Shown in pieces: positions 51,301 through 64,000 of a stretch of DNA of 64,000 bases. Under the pieces are notes generated by a model. The model saw only the letters and a program-made list of their open reading frames with translations. It was not told where the DNA came from and made no database searches. The translations under genes and the position numbers were made by a program. Within the stretch, counting starts at the first letter, position 1, and the number at the start of each line of letters is the position of its first letter. The stretch is from Marsupella aquatica. Lineage: Eukaryota; Plantae; Marchantiophyta. Location of the stretch: contig OZ316895.1 of NCBI GenBank assembly GCA_973895155.1, positions 19,420,803 through 19,484,802 of the forward strand, read 5' to 3'.

Positions 51301-54300
51301 TTGCTGATAAACGATTTTAAGTAGCACAGGCATGAATGGCCAATCGCCTCAAACATCTATGGTTCACTGACGGGAATAACTCATCCCTAAATGTCAAGTT
51401 AAAGGTTAGCTTGTCTTTTCCGTCCTTCACACATACAATCGAAACCGAAGCTAACTTGCACTTCGAGAGAAGGAAAGGCCGACTGTCTCTCTCATACAGT
51501 GTGCATGAAAACCTCGGAGACAACAATAGAAAGGAATAATACAACCCGAGGTTCTAGATTCAATTTTTATGCGTCTTTCATCTAGCGTCTACCCCGAATG
51601 GTGTCCAGCTTCTATTGTACTTCAAATTTATCAAAAGCGATTTCCAACCAGCACTGTGCTAACCCAAGATGCTTGCAGTAATAACTAATTACCCTCGACG
51701 CACTAAGGATACAACAACACCACAACCTCACCGATTACTTGACAATTGTTTCAAAAAGTAGACTTGTGTACCTCTTCATTTCCATCTTTGACAGTCATCA
51801 ATTCCTGCAACAGCAAGTTGAGGATGATTTGAGCGTCTGGTCAGGTAAAGGAGAATCCATATCATTAAATAAATTGAAATTACCCAATGAAGACACCAAA
51901 GCGCCAAAATACTATACTGACCACAGATCCAGAGACAACAATATAGAACTCGGAAGGCGATTCGTTGTGTACAATGACATCTTCCCTGGGAGGATAGTAT
52001 TCAGCCTTCATTTCTATCACCTGTTCACACGTGCACAAGTCCCACAATAATCTCACAATTTAAGAAGATGACGCGCATTGTGGTGAGCTTTGCTCTTTTC
52101 TCAACCAACATTCTGAGTCTTCTAATTGTGCGTGAGAACATAATCGGAAGTCGGCTTAGTGTAAGTGAGCGAGATAAGCAAGAAATTTAAATTGGGGCAA
52201 AGCACCTTTCGTGCACTATTAAACCATCATGAAAAGAGACGAAGGTGAGCATGAATGGACACTGCAATTATGTCCCCTTAGAGCAAGCTTTCACACGAAT
52301 AAGATACTTTGTCTTGGATTTCGTGAGTTCAGTTAAGATTGAATATGACACGAATGCAAGTGTCGTAACCGCTTCAGCTCACTACAAACAACCTTCAGGA
52401 TTCAGAGTTTAGAGTGCTACGAGATAAAAATGAGGCATATGTGTACAGTCCATATCTTTCACTTGACTGTCTGTTGTGCTTTTATGTCAACGCTTTATCA
52501 ACTCCTGTCAACCTACGGATGATCGCTACCTTACTCATGTTGTGATTTTTATTTTTGCTGGTTAGAAGTCATTACATTTCTACGTTTGAACTGAAATGGA
52601 CTAAAGACCCTATTCACCGCCTTAGAGGAGCCGCAGAACAGCCAACAACAGCTAACTTTCCTCCTCAATCTTAAAGGCTCAGCTATTGCGCAAACCGGTA
52701 TGGAATTATTCTTAGGAGTGCATGTTCATTCCTTTCTTCCCACACGAAGTCAAGCCAGACTCGCATAGTGAGGAATGGATTAGTGACAATCATAGCTGTG
52801 CTTACTATCCATGACCGACGTGAGAAGAATCTGTGTCATTCCAAAATGCATTGCCAGCATTCCTGCTATTTTTATTTTCTAAAGCCTCAATAACAATCGT
52901 CATTTGTCCAAAGATTGTGTGGAATGGCCTTTGGTAGGGCACATTTGAACGTGCCTTGCGGATAGACCGAGGAATGTGGAAGCCTTACGGAGCATAAAAT
53001 GTGTTCGTAAAGGCCGAGAGGGCTGGAAGGAATGACGACAGCTCATGAATATGTCCCTACTGTGCGACGCGACCCTCAAGTATAGAAGCTATTGCAGCAA
53101 GTGATCTACCGCGAATGAGAGCAAACAAGAGGATTCTTGGAGAGATATAATAGAATTTCATTCATTTGTCTGGATCACAAACTTACCAGCTGGTGAAGAA
53201 AATCATAAGATGTTCCTTGGAAAAGATACACCTGCTCAACTGTTGGAAGGAACAAATGTTGGGCTATGACTGCCGTAAGGGACTTGGGCAAGTTGTTGAC
53301 AACAGATTCTTGATGTAAGCTCTCTGTTTTGAACTTGAGTCGCATGTGAGCTAACATTGCTTCTTGTAGGCTTGGAGGCAGGTGATTCCGAGCTGCAAAG
53401 TCGACGACGGAATGCACTGCAACGCGCTGTAAACGAGAGAAGAGACTTGTTAACTTTCTCGCAAAGATATTCTGGACCTAATTCCATCACAGCGCACTTA
53501 GACGAAAGTTCTGTGGCGATAAGCAGAGAAGTACAGTAAAGACTACATAGATCCTAATCAAATTGGTAACGAAAACATACGAATATTGACCTCTCACTTA
53601 AACAAACACTAAAATAGGTTGCAATACTCTATCCCTGTAAGCAGTGCAGCTTGGGATCTTACATAGTTTCTAGTTCTGCCTGTAATGTGGACAATAAGAT
53701 TTGTCATATTTCCAATGATATACGCCGTTAATGCTAAATTGAATAGCATGTAAAATATGTCAAAAACCATTTCTCTTGAATTGACTGGGTGCAAATCTCC
53801 ATATCCTGTTGTCGTCATGGTTGTCATAGACCAGTACATGGTAGCAATATAACGGTTGAGTAAGCTCTCGTCAAGGAAATGTCCATTGTCGATGCTCCCA
53901 AACCAAGTCTGATCTCGCTTTGATTTTGGAAACCGTGCTGCAAGGAGATAATAGAAGCAGCCTGCGCAGTGTACAGCAAGTAGTGTAACCTGCAAAATTG
54001 AGCGCAACTTTTATTTTGAATTATCAATAGTATGACCTTGATCAGTAACTTTTCTTAGATTTCTACCTTGGTTCAATAATTTGCTAGCACAATTCGATAT
54101 CCAAACACATATTTTGGCTTCAAGAAACGGGCAATCCATTCATGTGTTTTGCAGATTAATAACATGGGAAACGTTGTGCTGCAGTCATCTTGCTTGAGGT
54201 TAATCAAGGCATGATGGAAATATCTATAGTTCAGATTCACTACTGTAGTTAAGACCACCTTTTTTTATTTGAAGCTCTGCATAGCCCGATTTGGGGATTC

Positions 54301-56763
54301 AGTTCCGTTGATGATACAAACACTACAAGCACATTGGAATCAGGAGATTCTATGGACAAATCAAGTTAATTCTTTTATGGCTTGCATTACTTTACAAAGT
54401 GTATTTACCACGAGCGCAAAGCTTGCTTTCATTGTGAACCATGCATCTTGTCAAACGAAGTAAAGATTTTTAAAGATGAGGTGATTGCACTTACGCAAGC
54501 CAACTTCACACATCGAATCCAGAAGTAGCTAATTTTCACATTCTTCTCTAATCTGCCATCCGAACAGGTAGCAAGATCGTTATTAAAAAATCAGTGGTCA
54601 ATCTTTAATCCAACTTTCTTTTCTTAACCCTGCAAGGACGGAGGTGGGTGCCCTAGCAAATCATTGTTCAGTGTCTCTTTCAAAAAAAAAAAACCTGCAA
54701 ATTTAAGTGTGGGTGCCCCAAGTGTGGAGGAAACCGCTCCGAGTACTCAGAACCTCAGGACACCAAAAGGCGCGCTAAGTGTGGGGTGAAACACTAGCCA
54801 ACCAAGATCTCAGCACCAAAAGGGTCTAGGATCTCTATTCCCAAACCACCTCCCCCAGCAAAATTTGTACTGATTATTCAATTGATTTCAATCCCACAAG
54901 TTGAACTGTAAATGAGCATATACGAACCTTGCAAACAGAGAACTAACCCGTCGTATTCTCCACAGGCGTAGCAAACTCAGTAGGCTGTACGTGAAGCCAC
55001 CTCCTATCTTCCCTGTGAAGACCGCGGCTCCAAGAGCAAACGGAACAGTTGAGGCAACGTCCAGAACCAGCCATGATTTTAAATACCTTCCGAATACATT
55101 TTTGGTGAGAATTAGTACAGATTTCTCTTAATTTCTCGTACAGCAAGGGTACGAGTTATATGAACAAAATTCAAAGGGAAATTTAATAAGTTTAGACCAA
55201 AATGTTGTTTGAATCTACCCCTTGACGTACAGATTCTAAATTTTACGCGTGATGCAAAATCAAAAATTCGAGAAAACAATCCTTCTAGAAAATATAGCAA
55301 AACTGAAATGGAAACCATGATTCTCCATCTGCACGAAACTTGAAACTCTTGTCAGCATCCAACATGCTACAATCATGCCTTGGTTTGATCACATACAGTC
55401 TCAAAAGTATTGAGAAATCACTCATTCGAGAGGAAAGGCAAAAGTATTGACTGATATTGTTTTATCTTGAGATGAGATAAAATGACAGACACGGGAGAGG
55501 GTGGGAGCCTGGGAGGTCTTTAAAACACCACTCTCCCCGGTCAAACCTGGGAATTACTAAAATTTTATATCATGATATTGTGGAGCCGACTTGCATCACA
55601 GGAGTAAATGTGAAAAAAGAGGGAAGGTTTGGGCTCTCCTTTCACAGTGTCAGTAGTGATTACAAACTTGAGGAAATCCCTTAATCAGCCCAGGCTCATG
55701 CAGCTCTCTCGTGTAAATAGCCGTAGTCGTCCTTATCGACGAGGTTGGTATGAAGATAAATAGAATCAGAGTCTCACCGCCAGAAAATCATGCGATGACT
55801 GTCGATCAAATCGTAGGTTGCCCTGTCGAGGTAGGCAACAAAAAACGTCAATACGATGTCGATGCCAAAGAAGAGATCCACTATGTAGTCGACCATGTTG
55901 AGAGGAAATTGCGGACTCGGAAGGAACCCAAACTCGAACGGAGCCACCCAAGCCGAATAGAAAACTAGCGGAACTAGGAAATTCTGCCATAATCTGCGTT
56001 AATCACAAATTCAGTAGCTTTTATCAGCGAATCAGAGCTTCTAAATAAGTAAGTGCTGGAAATTATTCCAGAACGATGTCCAGGGCAAGGATCAGAAGAC
56101 CACAATTGTCGCCTACGACTTCCATAGAATGCTAAAGAAAAAATAATCTGGTCCACTCGCTGTAAACTCGTACTCTGTAATCTAATAATTGGTAATCACG
56201 TCGAGTTCGTTCAATCCCGGAATCCAATTGCACTCAAATCACATTTCGTGCAAATCCGCAGAGCATCAGAAACTAGGATCGCTGTTTAGCGAGCTGTTTA
56301 GTCCTAAGATCAAATGTCGACACAGAGCCTGCCTTTTAATTCCTTGAATACCATTTCGTCTATAGGCTGTGCACCATCATTCCATTAAATCACATAGTAT
56401 TGTCATCTCATGTCAAAGAGTTATTTCTAGACTGTCGAAGATGGATAGCTGTTTCAGTAAATGATCCCATGCAGACAGCTTCAACAAGATAACGACACTG
56501 CAAAAGTTTTAAATAATTGGGTACGGGGCAATTAGGTTCTCGCAAAATAAGACCACTCACCGGTACCTCGAGCCATACGGCGAGATGACAGATCTTTTCA
56601 GCTGGCGCTGACGTTGAGCGTTAGCCCCTAGTCCGGGTAGCAATCCACTAGATAAGCTCCTCAAACTTGTTTGTGATGGAAGGCGTTTGTTTCTTCGTTC
56701 AGGACGTCCTCCTTCCCAAACGTTCTTGGCCATATCTAACAACCTTCTTTTGGACTCCTTCAT
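48383..56763 (-). CDS. AKT1: Shaker-type inward K+ channel, AKT1-like (6TM, cNMP-binding, ankyrin repeats, KHA)
   Basis: Exons encode [18 protein letters not shown]; [32 protein letters not shown]; S4 [19 protein letters not shown]; pore [12 protein letters not shown]; c[29 protein letters not shown]; ankyrins GRTALH; [19 protein letters not shown]. The start may instead be the in-frame ATG at 56799. Orthology to AKT1 is inferred. Confidence 0.92.
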
Positions 56764-59370
56764 TTTCTGTTGGAATGCAATTGTCCACTCTGTAATCATA
56801 CGCAATCCTGTAATATAAATCCATACTGTGGGAATTGAGGTAACAACAATGTGCTGAATCAAACAAATTGAAATTCAACTCGACATGAAAAAGGCAAACG
56901 GGAGCTAGAAACCATCTAGTATAAACTAAAACGTCAAGTACTAAGAAAACAATAAAAAAAATTGAAACAACTTTTCCAAGTCTCGCAAGATAGATCTCAC
57001 CAAAAAAATCCCCGCGCACCACGAACCGCCTTGCAGAATTGGAGGTTCCAGAATTTTCGGCTCACGACAAGGACAGCACAAGAAGGACGCCGTCAGTCCT
57101 GCATCTATCTGTCTACCTTACGCATGGCCACCAGAGGTGTTCACCGAGAAAAATGTCCTCGCCATAATGGACATAAAATTGACCCGTGCTCGTGCGTCCT
57201 CGCTAGGGAAGCTCACAATGCCCGACGAGACAAACTATGATAGAGCATTAATCAAATTGAAGAGTGATGCAGCAACCCTGCTCCTGTAGAAACGACGGTA
57301 TTAAACTGCTCCTTCGTGAACGAGAAAAGTAATAACGTCCAGGACAAATTGTCTGACACATGCGTCGCGCCAACTGTCTTGATTCATTCCTTATCTTCAC
57401 TACCCCGCTCACTTCTCAGCTTATTTCATTTTTCCCTTTCCAACTTCAATTCCATCTTCCTGCGATGTTGTGCTTTCTTTGTCTACCACGATTAGTTGAT
57501 CGAGCGCTTTGGAGAGACGGAAAGGAGACGGTGGAACAGAGCACCGTCTCCTCTCGACTCGTCTCGTGAGCGAAGCGCCAATTGGGATGAAATGCGGATC
57601 GTAATCTTCGTGGTTACTAGGTGTGGTCCTGAGAGGACAATATGGCGTCTCAAACCCCGTAAGTTATCCCTGCTGGTAATCACACATCAAAATGTGGCTG
57701 CATTCATTGATTGAAAGAAAAAAACTAGGATTATCACTGTATGCAGGGGCGTAAGTTATGGGCCATTGCAGAATCCTGTACCGTCACTTACGTACAAGAC
57801 ACCACCAAGTGTCCAAGTTAGTCGCGGCAAGACACCACCAAGTTAGCCGGTCCAGTGCTTTGACCGGCCAGCTTTGACCCGCCCTTTAGTACCCACTTAC
57901 AAGTGTTTGCTCAATGCAGTACGTACGTCTCCCTTCCCTCTCCCTTCCGAGGAATTGTATGGTGCGAGGAAACAGTAGATTTTGCTAGCGAGGCAGTATT
58001 GCTAGCGAGGCATTTTAGGCCTTGAAAGTCCTAATACATTATGTGAAAACCATGGCCAAATATCTCATTTTTCCACCTCTTAGAGTAATCAAAGTAATAT
58101 AACAAGGAAAAACCATGCATGATTGTCATATGCATTCCATATTTGACTCACACACATTGGTTTTCAAAAATGGCCTCACCACTAGTAGACATCTCCATCA
58201 TAACATGGTCCCTCTTTACATTGAAAGTGTGGATTGCCAAAAACTCCAACACAGCAAAACTGTAAGAGTCGACGGTGACCAGTACATCCAGTCCTCCAAA
58301 TTCCTAACTGTACCAGTACATCCAGTCCTCCAAATTCCTAACTGTTCAGTCATAAACTTCATCCTCTGAATCATCAGATATGTAACTACTACTAGGATCG
58401 CTACTGGTCTCCCTCTCCGTTGACTCGGCAGACTCATCTAAATACTGACAGACTGTCCCCGCCTCACTGTCGATAAACCTTGAACAATCCAGATATCTTC
58501 GAGCACCTCTCATTGATCGAAGACCTTTTGCCTCCCAAGTCAAGACCACAGGAGCTTCATCAACTTGCTTCGCCGACGTCTCAGCATAGCATGGAAGAGT
58601 AAAAGGCTTCTCAGGAGTAACGACAATGGATTCCTGGACTTCCTTCCGAAGACGAAATCTCCTCTCAAAAAACCAATCCACCCTCCTATCACTGACGCAA
58701 CCACCGGCATCAGTTGAAGAGAGCAACAAAATGAAGAAAAGAAAATAAACCAAATAGGGAGTCCGACATCAGAAGAGGCCAAGACTTTACTCCAGGTCGA
58801 ATTCTTCTTTCTCACTTGAAGGTCCAGCCTGTTCATCTCCTGGAATCATGAACTCATCATCCAACCCAGCGTCTTGATTACCCTTGGCTGCCTGATTCTT
58901 AATCAGGTATTAAAAAACTTGCAAAAGATCTAATGGCTGTGGATCAGCCTAGAACACATTTTGTAATAGGATGAAAGACTAAAACAGGACTAAAAATGAA
59001 GATATTGGATATTATAGTTGTAGATGACTAAGAGTTCGCTAGGAAAAGGAGTAGTCACAAAAATGTATAACCAGGTTCTTGTTAGCAAGGCAATTGGAAA
59101 TAGAAAAATTAGGGGGAATAAATGTGTTGCTCATCCGAGTAAATTTTTTTCCCCCCACGTCACAATGACCCTGGGGGAACGTGGGCACTTTTGAAGCTCA
59201 GTGAAGCAATTACAAGCACAGGCAAAGCGCTAACGGGATGAGAAACAGGGGATGGAGGGAACGATGCGTAATGCTTGTGGTACTGCTCCTGCAGTTCAAT
59301 AGGGTATCAGGACAAGAAGGCTCCTCCATTCTGTATTGATTACCGTGGTTGTGCAGGAGCGGCTGTACTA

Positions 59371-62168
59371 ATGACGAAGGATTCCGAGGGTTTGAGCTGG
59401 TGGCAGTTTTTCTATGGACTCTACGTCGTAGCTCTTGATCTCTTTTTCCAGAAACTTCGATGTAGGCATCTTCCGAAGCGTCTCAGTTTGAAGCCCTCGC
59501 CTCATTTGACAGCCATCGTGACAGGTGCTACATCAGGCATTGGCATCGAGATAGCGGGGTAGTTTGTTTCTCTCTTTCTCTTCAACCCTCTTTGTTTCAT
59601 TCTATCTCTTTCTGTCTGTCATCTCCTGAACGAGGCTTGACCTTGAGACTCATTCATTCTCCCTAACTTATTGATTCTCGGAATTTCGAATTTCTTCTGT
59701 TATGAGGCAAAGGTTGCATATGAATTGGTCACTTATTAGCATGCATAACTGGATCAAGGACTGGCCTTAATCATAAGATGGATGAAAGGAATGATTTAAC
59801 TTAGAAGCGTGGCATTTGCTGCATCCTGCAATTGTTTGTCGGTTCTCCAGTGAACTAGCAAGGACCGGAGTTCACGTGGTGCTAGCCGTGCGGAACGCCG
59901 CAGCCGGGAAAAATCTCGTGGAGGAATGGGTCAAAAATCAAGTGAAAAATGGAGGTCCCTCAATAAGCGCAGAGGTGATGCACATTTCAATCTTGTAGAG
60001 GAATTCCATGTACCCGGGATTTGTTATTCAGCAGATCTCAAATTTGAATAAGATGAAGATCCCTAATTCCTCTGCGGTCGTTGGATCTTTACAGGACGGT
60101 CAAATTAATTCTGTTACTTATTATTTCAGGTTATGGAGCTTGACCTCTTATCACTGGCCTCAGTCCGCATATTTGCGAAAGAATGGAATGATCGACAAGT
60201 CCCTCTTCACCTTCTTATCAACAATGCCGGCATTTTCTCCTTGTTCGGTGAGGACTTTAGACTCGTTTCAATGTTCGAATCAAAGGTCACTTGTAGCTAA
60301 AGATTGGAATCAAGCTTATGTTTACTGGCTGGAGTGGTCAGTGAGGCAGAAATTTTCCAAGGATGGGTACGAGCACCACATGCAAGTGAATCACCTTGGT
60401 CATGCTTTGCTTACGATGTTGCTCCTTCCATCTCTAAGTCGTGGAGCCCCATCTCGGATCGTCAATGTCAGCTCTGAAGTGAGCTTTTCTCCTATCTCTG
60501 AATGCTTTGCTGATTAGTCTCTATTCCTTGTGGCAAGTGAGTTGCAATGAAGAAGGCAACCCCTAAAGAAATTGTCTTAAATATCTTACTCTAACTAAAC
60601 GACGGGAGGAGGATGTGACATTGATCTAGTATGGGTCCCAACCATACAATTTGCTCATAAGTTAGGATCGTAACTTTTCCAATCTGTTCGGACCACTTAA
60701 TGCCACGGGTGAAATTATCACAAGGGAGGTAAGCGATGATGCCTTATGAGAAGACCTGGGTGACCATCTTAGCAGAATGAGGTTTCAGAAAGACCTGTCA
60801 GGAAACACAAATTCGTCCTAAACCACTGTTTAAAGAGTTTGAAGAAAATCCATAAAGTCTGATGAGCAGAGACAGTGGTAGAGTCACAAGATTGTTAATC
60901 CTTCGTTTACTTTTAGAGGGAGGAAACTATATGGACAGATTTCCACCAAGGTTATTCTGTTTAGTGCGGCTACCTGACTGATTGTGATTGCCAATTCTGT
61001 TTTAACAGATGCATCACTTAGGATTTGTAGATCCTGACGACATGAATCTGACGAAGAGAAAATATTCCTCTTTGGCTGGGTACTGTGGGAGCAAACTGGC
61101 CCAGGTAACATTGCGGTTCGCTTCTTCGTTGCATCACACACTACATTACTTCAGATGTTTCTCGTCATTGAGCTTGACGATTATGTGAAGTGCTTTTATA
61201 AGCCATTGGATGATTATTGCAGGTCTTGTTCAGCCGTATCCTCCATATGAGAATTCCCAAAGATGCCGGTGTAGATGTTATTCTCGTTCATCCTGGAGAA
61301 GTTATGACCAGTGTGGTCTGTTTTCTAGCTCCCATCCTTTGCTTTGTAAATTTTTTACCTTTCCACTTTGCCATAGTGACCACCTCGGATGCTTGCTATT
61401 GCTCTAACGTTTTTTGGTGCCACATGGCTTCAAATAGTAGATAGTGTATGTTTCCATCTCCGTGTTCATATTTCGAGGGGCAATTAAAATTTTCACATAC
61501 TGGGGTGATAGTGTGGTTGATCCAGCCTTCAGAGTCCATTCTTATTCTTGTGGAAGTAGTGTGCTATAAAGCTCGACCTCTGACTGCAGACACGCGATTT
61601 ACCAGCATCAGTGCGAAAGGCCGAGCAAATCTCGAAAGTGATCAGATTTTCACCACTTGAAGGTTTTTTCTTGCAACCTGTCCTTGTATTGACATTTTGG
61701 AAACTAAATTTTATTGTCGATAGGTGACAAAACTTTAAAAAACACCTATCATTTCTGTAACGATTATCCGCGAACGCGCAGTCTATGGAGAGTGGCATAA
61801 GCCAATAGGATTTTTTGTGGTTTCTGTGCCGTTTCCTTCCATTGCCTGCAAATTTTTTGTTTGTGACTCGCATGCAACTAAAAACGACAGGTCTTCCTGC
61901 AGGTTCCAGAAGCGTCCTATATGTTGCCACCGACCAGCAAGTTTACCAATATACACGTGCTCTACGGGAGATGGGCATTCCTATAGCTCCATATTTCGCA
62001 TCGTCGTGCAGACCTAGCAAGGTTCATAGGCTTGCAGATGATTTGGAGCATATGGAGAAGGTGTACAGCAAAACGTTAGAGCTAGTGGGTCTCCCTGAAG
62101 ATTACCTTAGACAGAGCTTGGGCAACAAGACTGCCGCGAACCCGGTGGATGAAGTAAAAGATGAATAA
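59371..62168 (+). CDS. FEY: Short-chain dehydrogenase/reductase, FOREVER YOUNG-like (multi-exon)
   Basis: [68 protein letters not shown] (YxxxK), KTLELVGLP. Closely matches the recalled Arabidopsis FEY sequence. GT-AG exons join in frame. Confidence 0.9.
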
Positions 62169-62339
62169 ATCCGATGTAAGATGATGTGCACCTTTTTGAT
62201 GATTATCATGAATCTTGAAATTGTTTTACCACTGGTATCTAATGAGCGCTAGGTGAAGGCAAATTGCCCTAAGATGAAGTTTTCAGCTTCTGTGAAAAGC
62301 CCGAGACATCAAATTATCGCCTGAGCATCTTACTAATAA

Positions 62340-62640
62340 AGTGTCAACTACAAGCTAGATTGGGCCCTAGTTTTCTAGAGTGAAGCTTCTAGATCTTAAC
62401 TCCATGACCCACCATGTGGATGGAAAACTCATGATTATGATGTCAATTACAAGCTAGATTGGAGCCTAGGTTTCTAAAGTGACATGTGGCTGGAAAAGTC
62501 ATGGTTATGATTTCAATTACAAGCTTGTTTGGAGACTAGGTTTCTAAAGTGAAGTCTCTCGACCTTAACTCCATGGTTCATCATGTGGACCTTAACTCCA
62601 TGGTTCATCATGTGGACGAGAAAACTCATGTTTATGATAT
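62340..62640. repeat. Degenerate tandem repeats (TE remnant) downstream of FEY
   Basis: Recurring CAATTACAAGCT.G.TTGG..CCTAG.TTTCTA.AGTGA and CTTAACTCCATGGTTCATCATGTGGAC. Confidence 0.6.
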
Positions 62641-64000
62641 ATGTCAATTGATAATAGTGCATGAGTTTTGTAATGATTTATATTCACATTAAAAAAATAG
62701 GCTCTATCGCTCCACCATAACATGTGTATGGAAAGAGGGATGTGCATAGAAAAGAGGATGATATGTTAGATATGATTGTTAAAATGATGACATGTATGAT
62801 GATTTCTTTATCATTTCATTAACTTTCAAAGAATGTGAAAAGAGAATATATTTTGTTGACACTATTATTATCCTCTCCATTATTCACATTCAAAGAACGG
62901 GTAGTTAGGGCTAGTGTTCTATAAACTAAAGCTGACTAGAGTAACTTGGCTCTTGGCTACAACTGGGAACTTCTACTCCCCTTGCCCAAAGCCTCATTTA
63001 AATATAGCAGAGAGAGAAACAGGTAAACCCCACATGGGAGTGAATAAACAAAGCCCTCCCCCCACTCTCCTGTCCCACCGTCCTTGCCTTTTGCACCCCC
63101 CATGACCCACTCATAGTCCAGATTCCTGACTTACCCCTAACTCTTGTTTCTCTGTGCCCCAGTGCACCCAACAAGAGGCCCATGACAAGCACAAAGCTCC
63201 TGACTGGACAAACCCCAAGCTGTAGGAAAATGCAAGAAACAAGTTTGAAGTAGGACAACAACAAGCTGGAGTTAAATAATTGGAAGTCGCCTTGTCGCTA
63301 TGAGGACAATGTTAGGTCAGACCATGCAAGGTGCAATAAGGGCCCTAATTTGGGAGCTTTGACTCATGCATGGACATATTGGAAATAGTAGTCATTTTCT
63401 ATTCTAAATTCATCTGCTGTTGATACTTGATAGCCAGGATGTTCAAGGTTTGAGGTACTGATCTTTAATATATACTCACGGCATGTAAACTAGGCCCTAC
63501 TATAATCACTGTCATATGTTTGGAAAATATCAGAGAATGAATTCCTCACTCTCAAGTCACCATTTCTCACACCAAGTACTATGGCTACATAGGCAAGGCA
63601 AAGCAGAAAACCAAATTAATCCGTGGACCCCCATGTTATTTTAGAGGCAGTTATCTAGGCACTGAAGCCAGATGGACCTCCAAATCTGAAGGAAAAAAAT
63701 TCAAAAATGAACAAGTCAATTTTTGACACTTGAAACAGTTGTCAAACTTACCAAGGCAATCATAATTAAAATCAATCACAAAACTAGCTGTAATGTGAAC
63801 TAGTGTTTAATGTGTGGGTAGTTTAATTGCCCACTTCAGCAAAACCGTGCTCAACGGTTTCCTCCATGTTATTGAAGGGATGCTGGATGCACTCAAGTTG
63901 CATCGAAAGTAATCACTTTTCAATTCCTACACACAAATAGACGGTGTCATCAAATCACTAACCTTGCAAAATTGTTTAAGACAAAAAGTTTCATGGAACA

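Noticed and set aside
55489-55714. Possible MITE in a channel intron (ACACGGGAGAG...CTCTCTCGTGT)
   Set aside because: Only an 11-bp imperfect inverted repeat, with no convincing TSD.
9416-56763. PHO1 plus K+ channel as an ion-transport gene cluster
   Set aside because: The genes are more than 30 kb apart and separated by TEs and another gene, and the sequence gives no evidence of co-regulation.

Overview
Eukaryotic, land-plant genomic DNA (probably a non-seed plant such as a bryophyte; inferred). It contains four intact-looking intron-containing host genes: a PHO1-family SPX-EXS phosphate exporter (+, 9416-16168), a RING-CH/RINGv membrane E3 ligase (+, 41079-43916), an AKT1-like Shaker K+ channel (-, 48383-56763) and a FOREVER YOUNG-like SDR (+, 59371-62168). 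Two blocks of nested transposons (about 1-7000 and 17400-39700) hold Copia, CACTA, LINE, CRE-type RLE retrotransposon and solo-LTR remnants. Three copies of a ~300 bp MITE carry CTCGGGGG..TCAC TIRs and 8-bp TSDs. The most unusual object is a decayed ~12.5 kb Mutator-like element (about 22440-35040). It has a GCM-like/DDE/SWIM transposase, co-oriented cargo genes (two F-box-like ORFs and one AT-hook-repeat ORF), and many copies of a 20-bp motif (TTGGCGAGGGTCTCTGAGAT) seen only in its non-coding spacers. All protein-family calls come from motif recognition by eye; no database searches were run.
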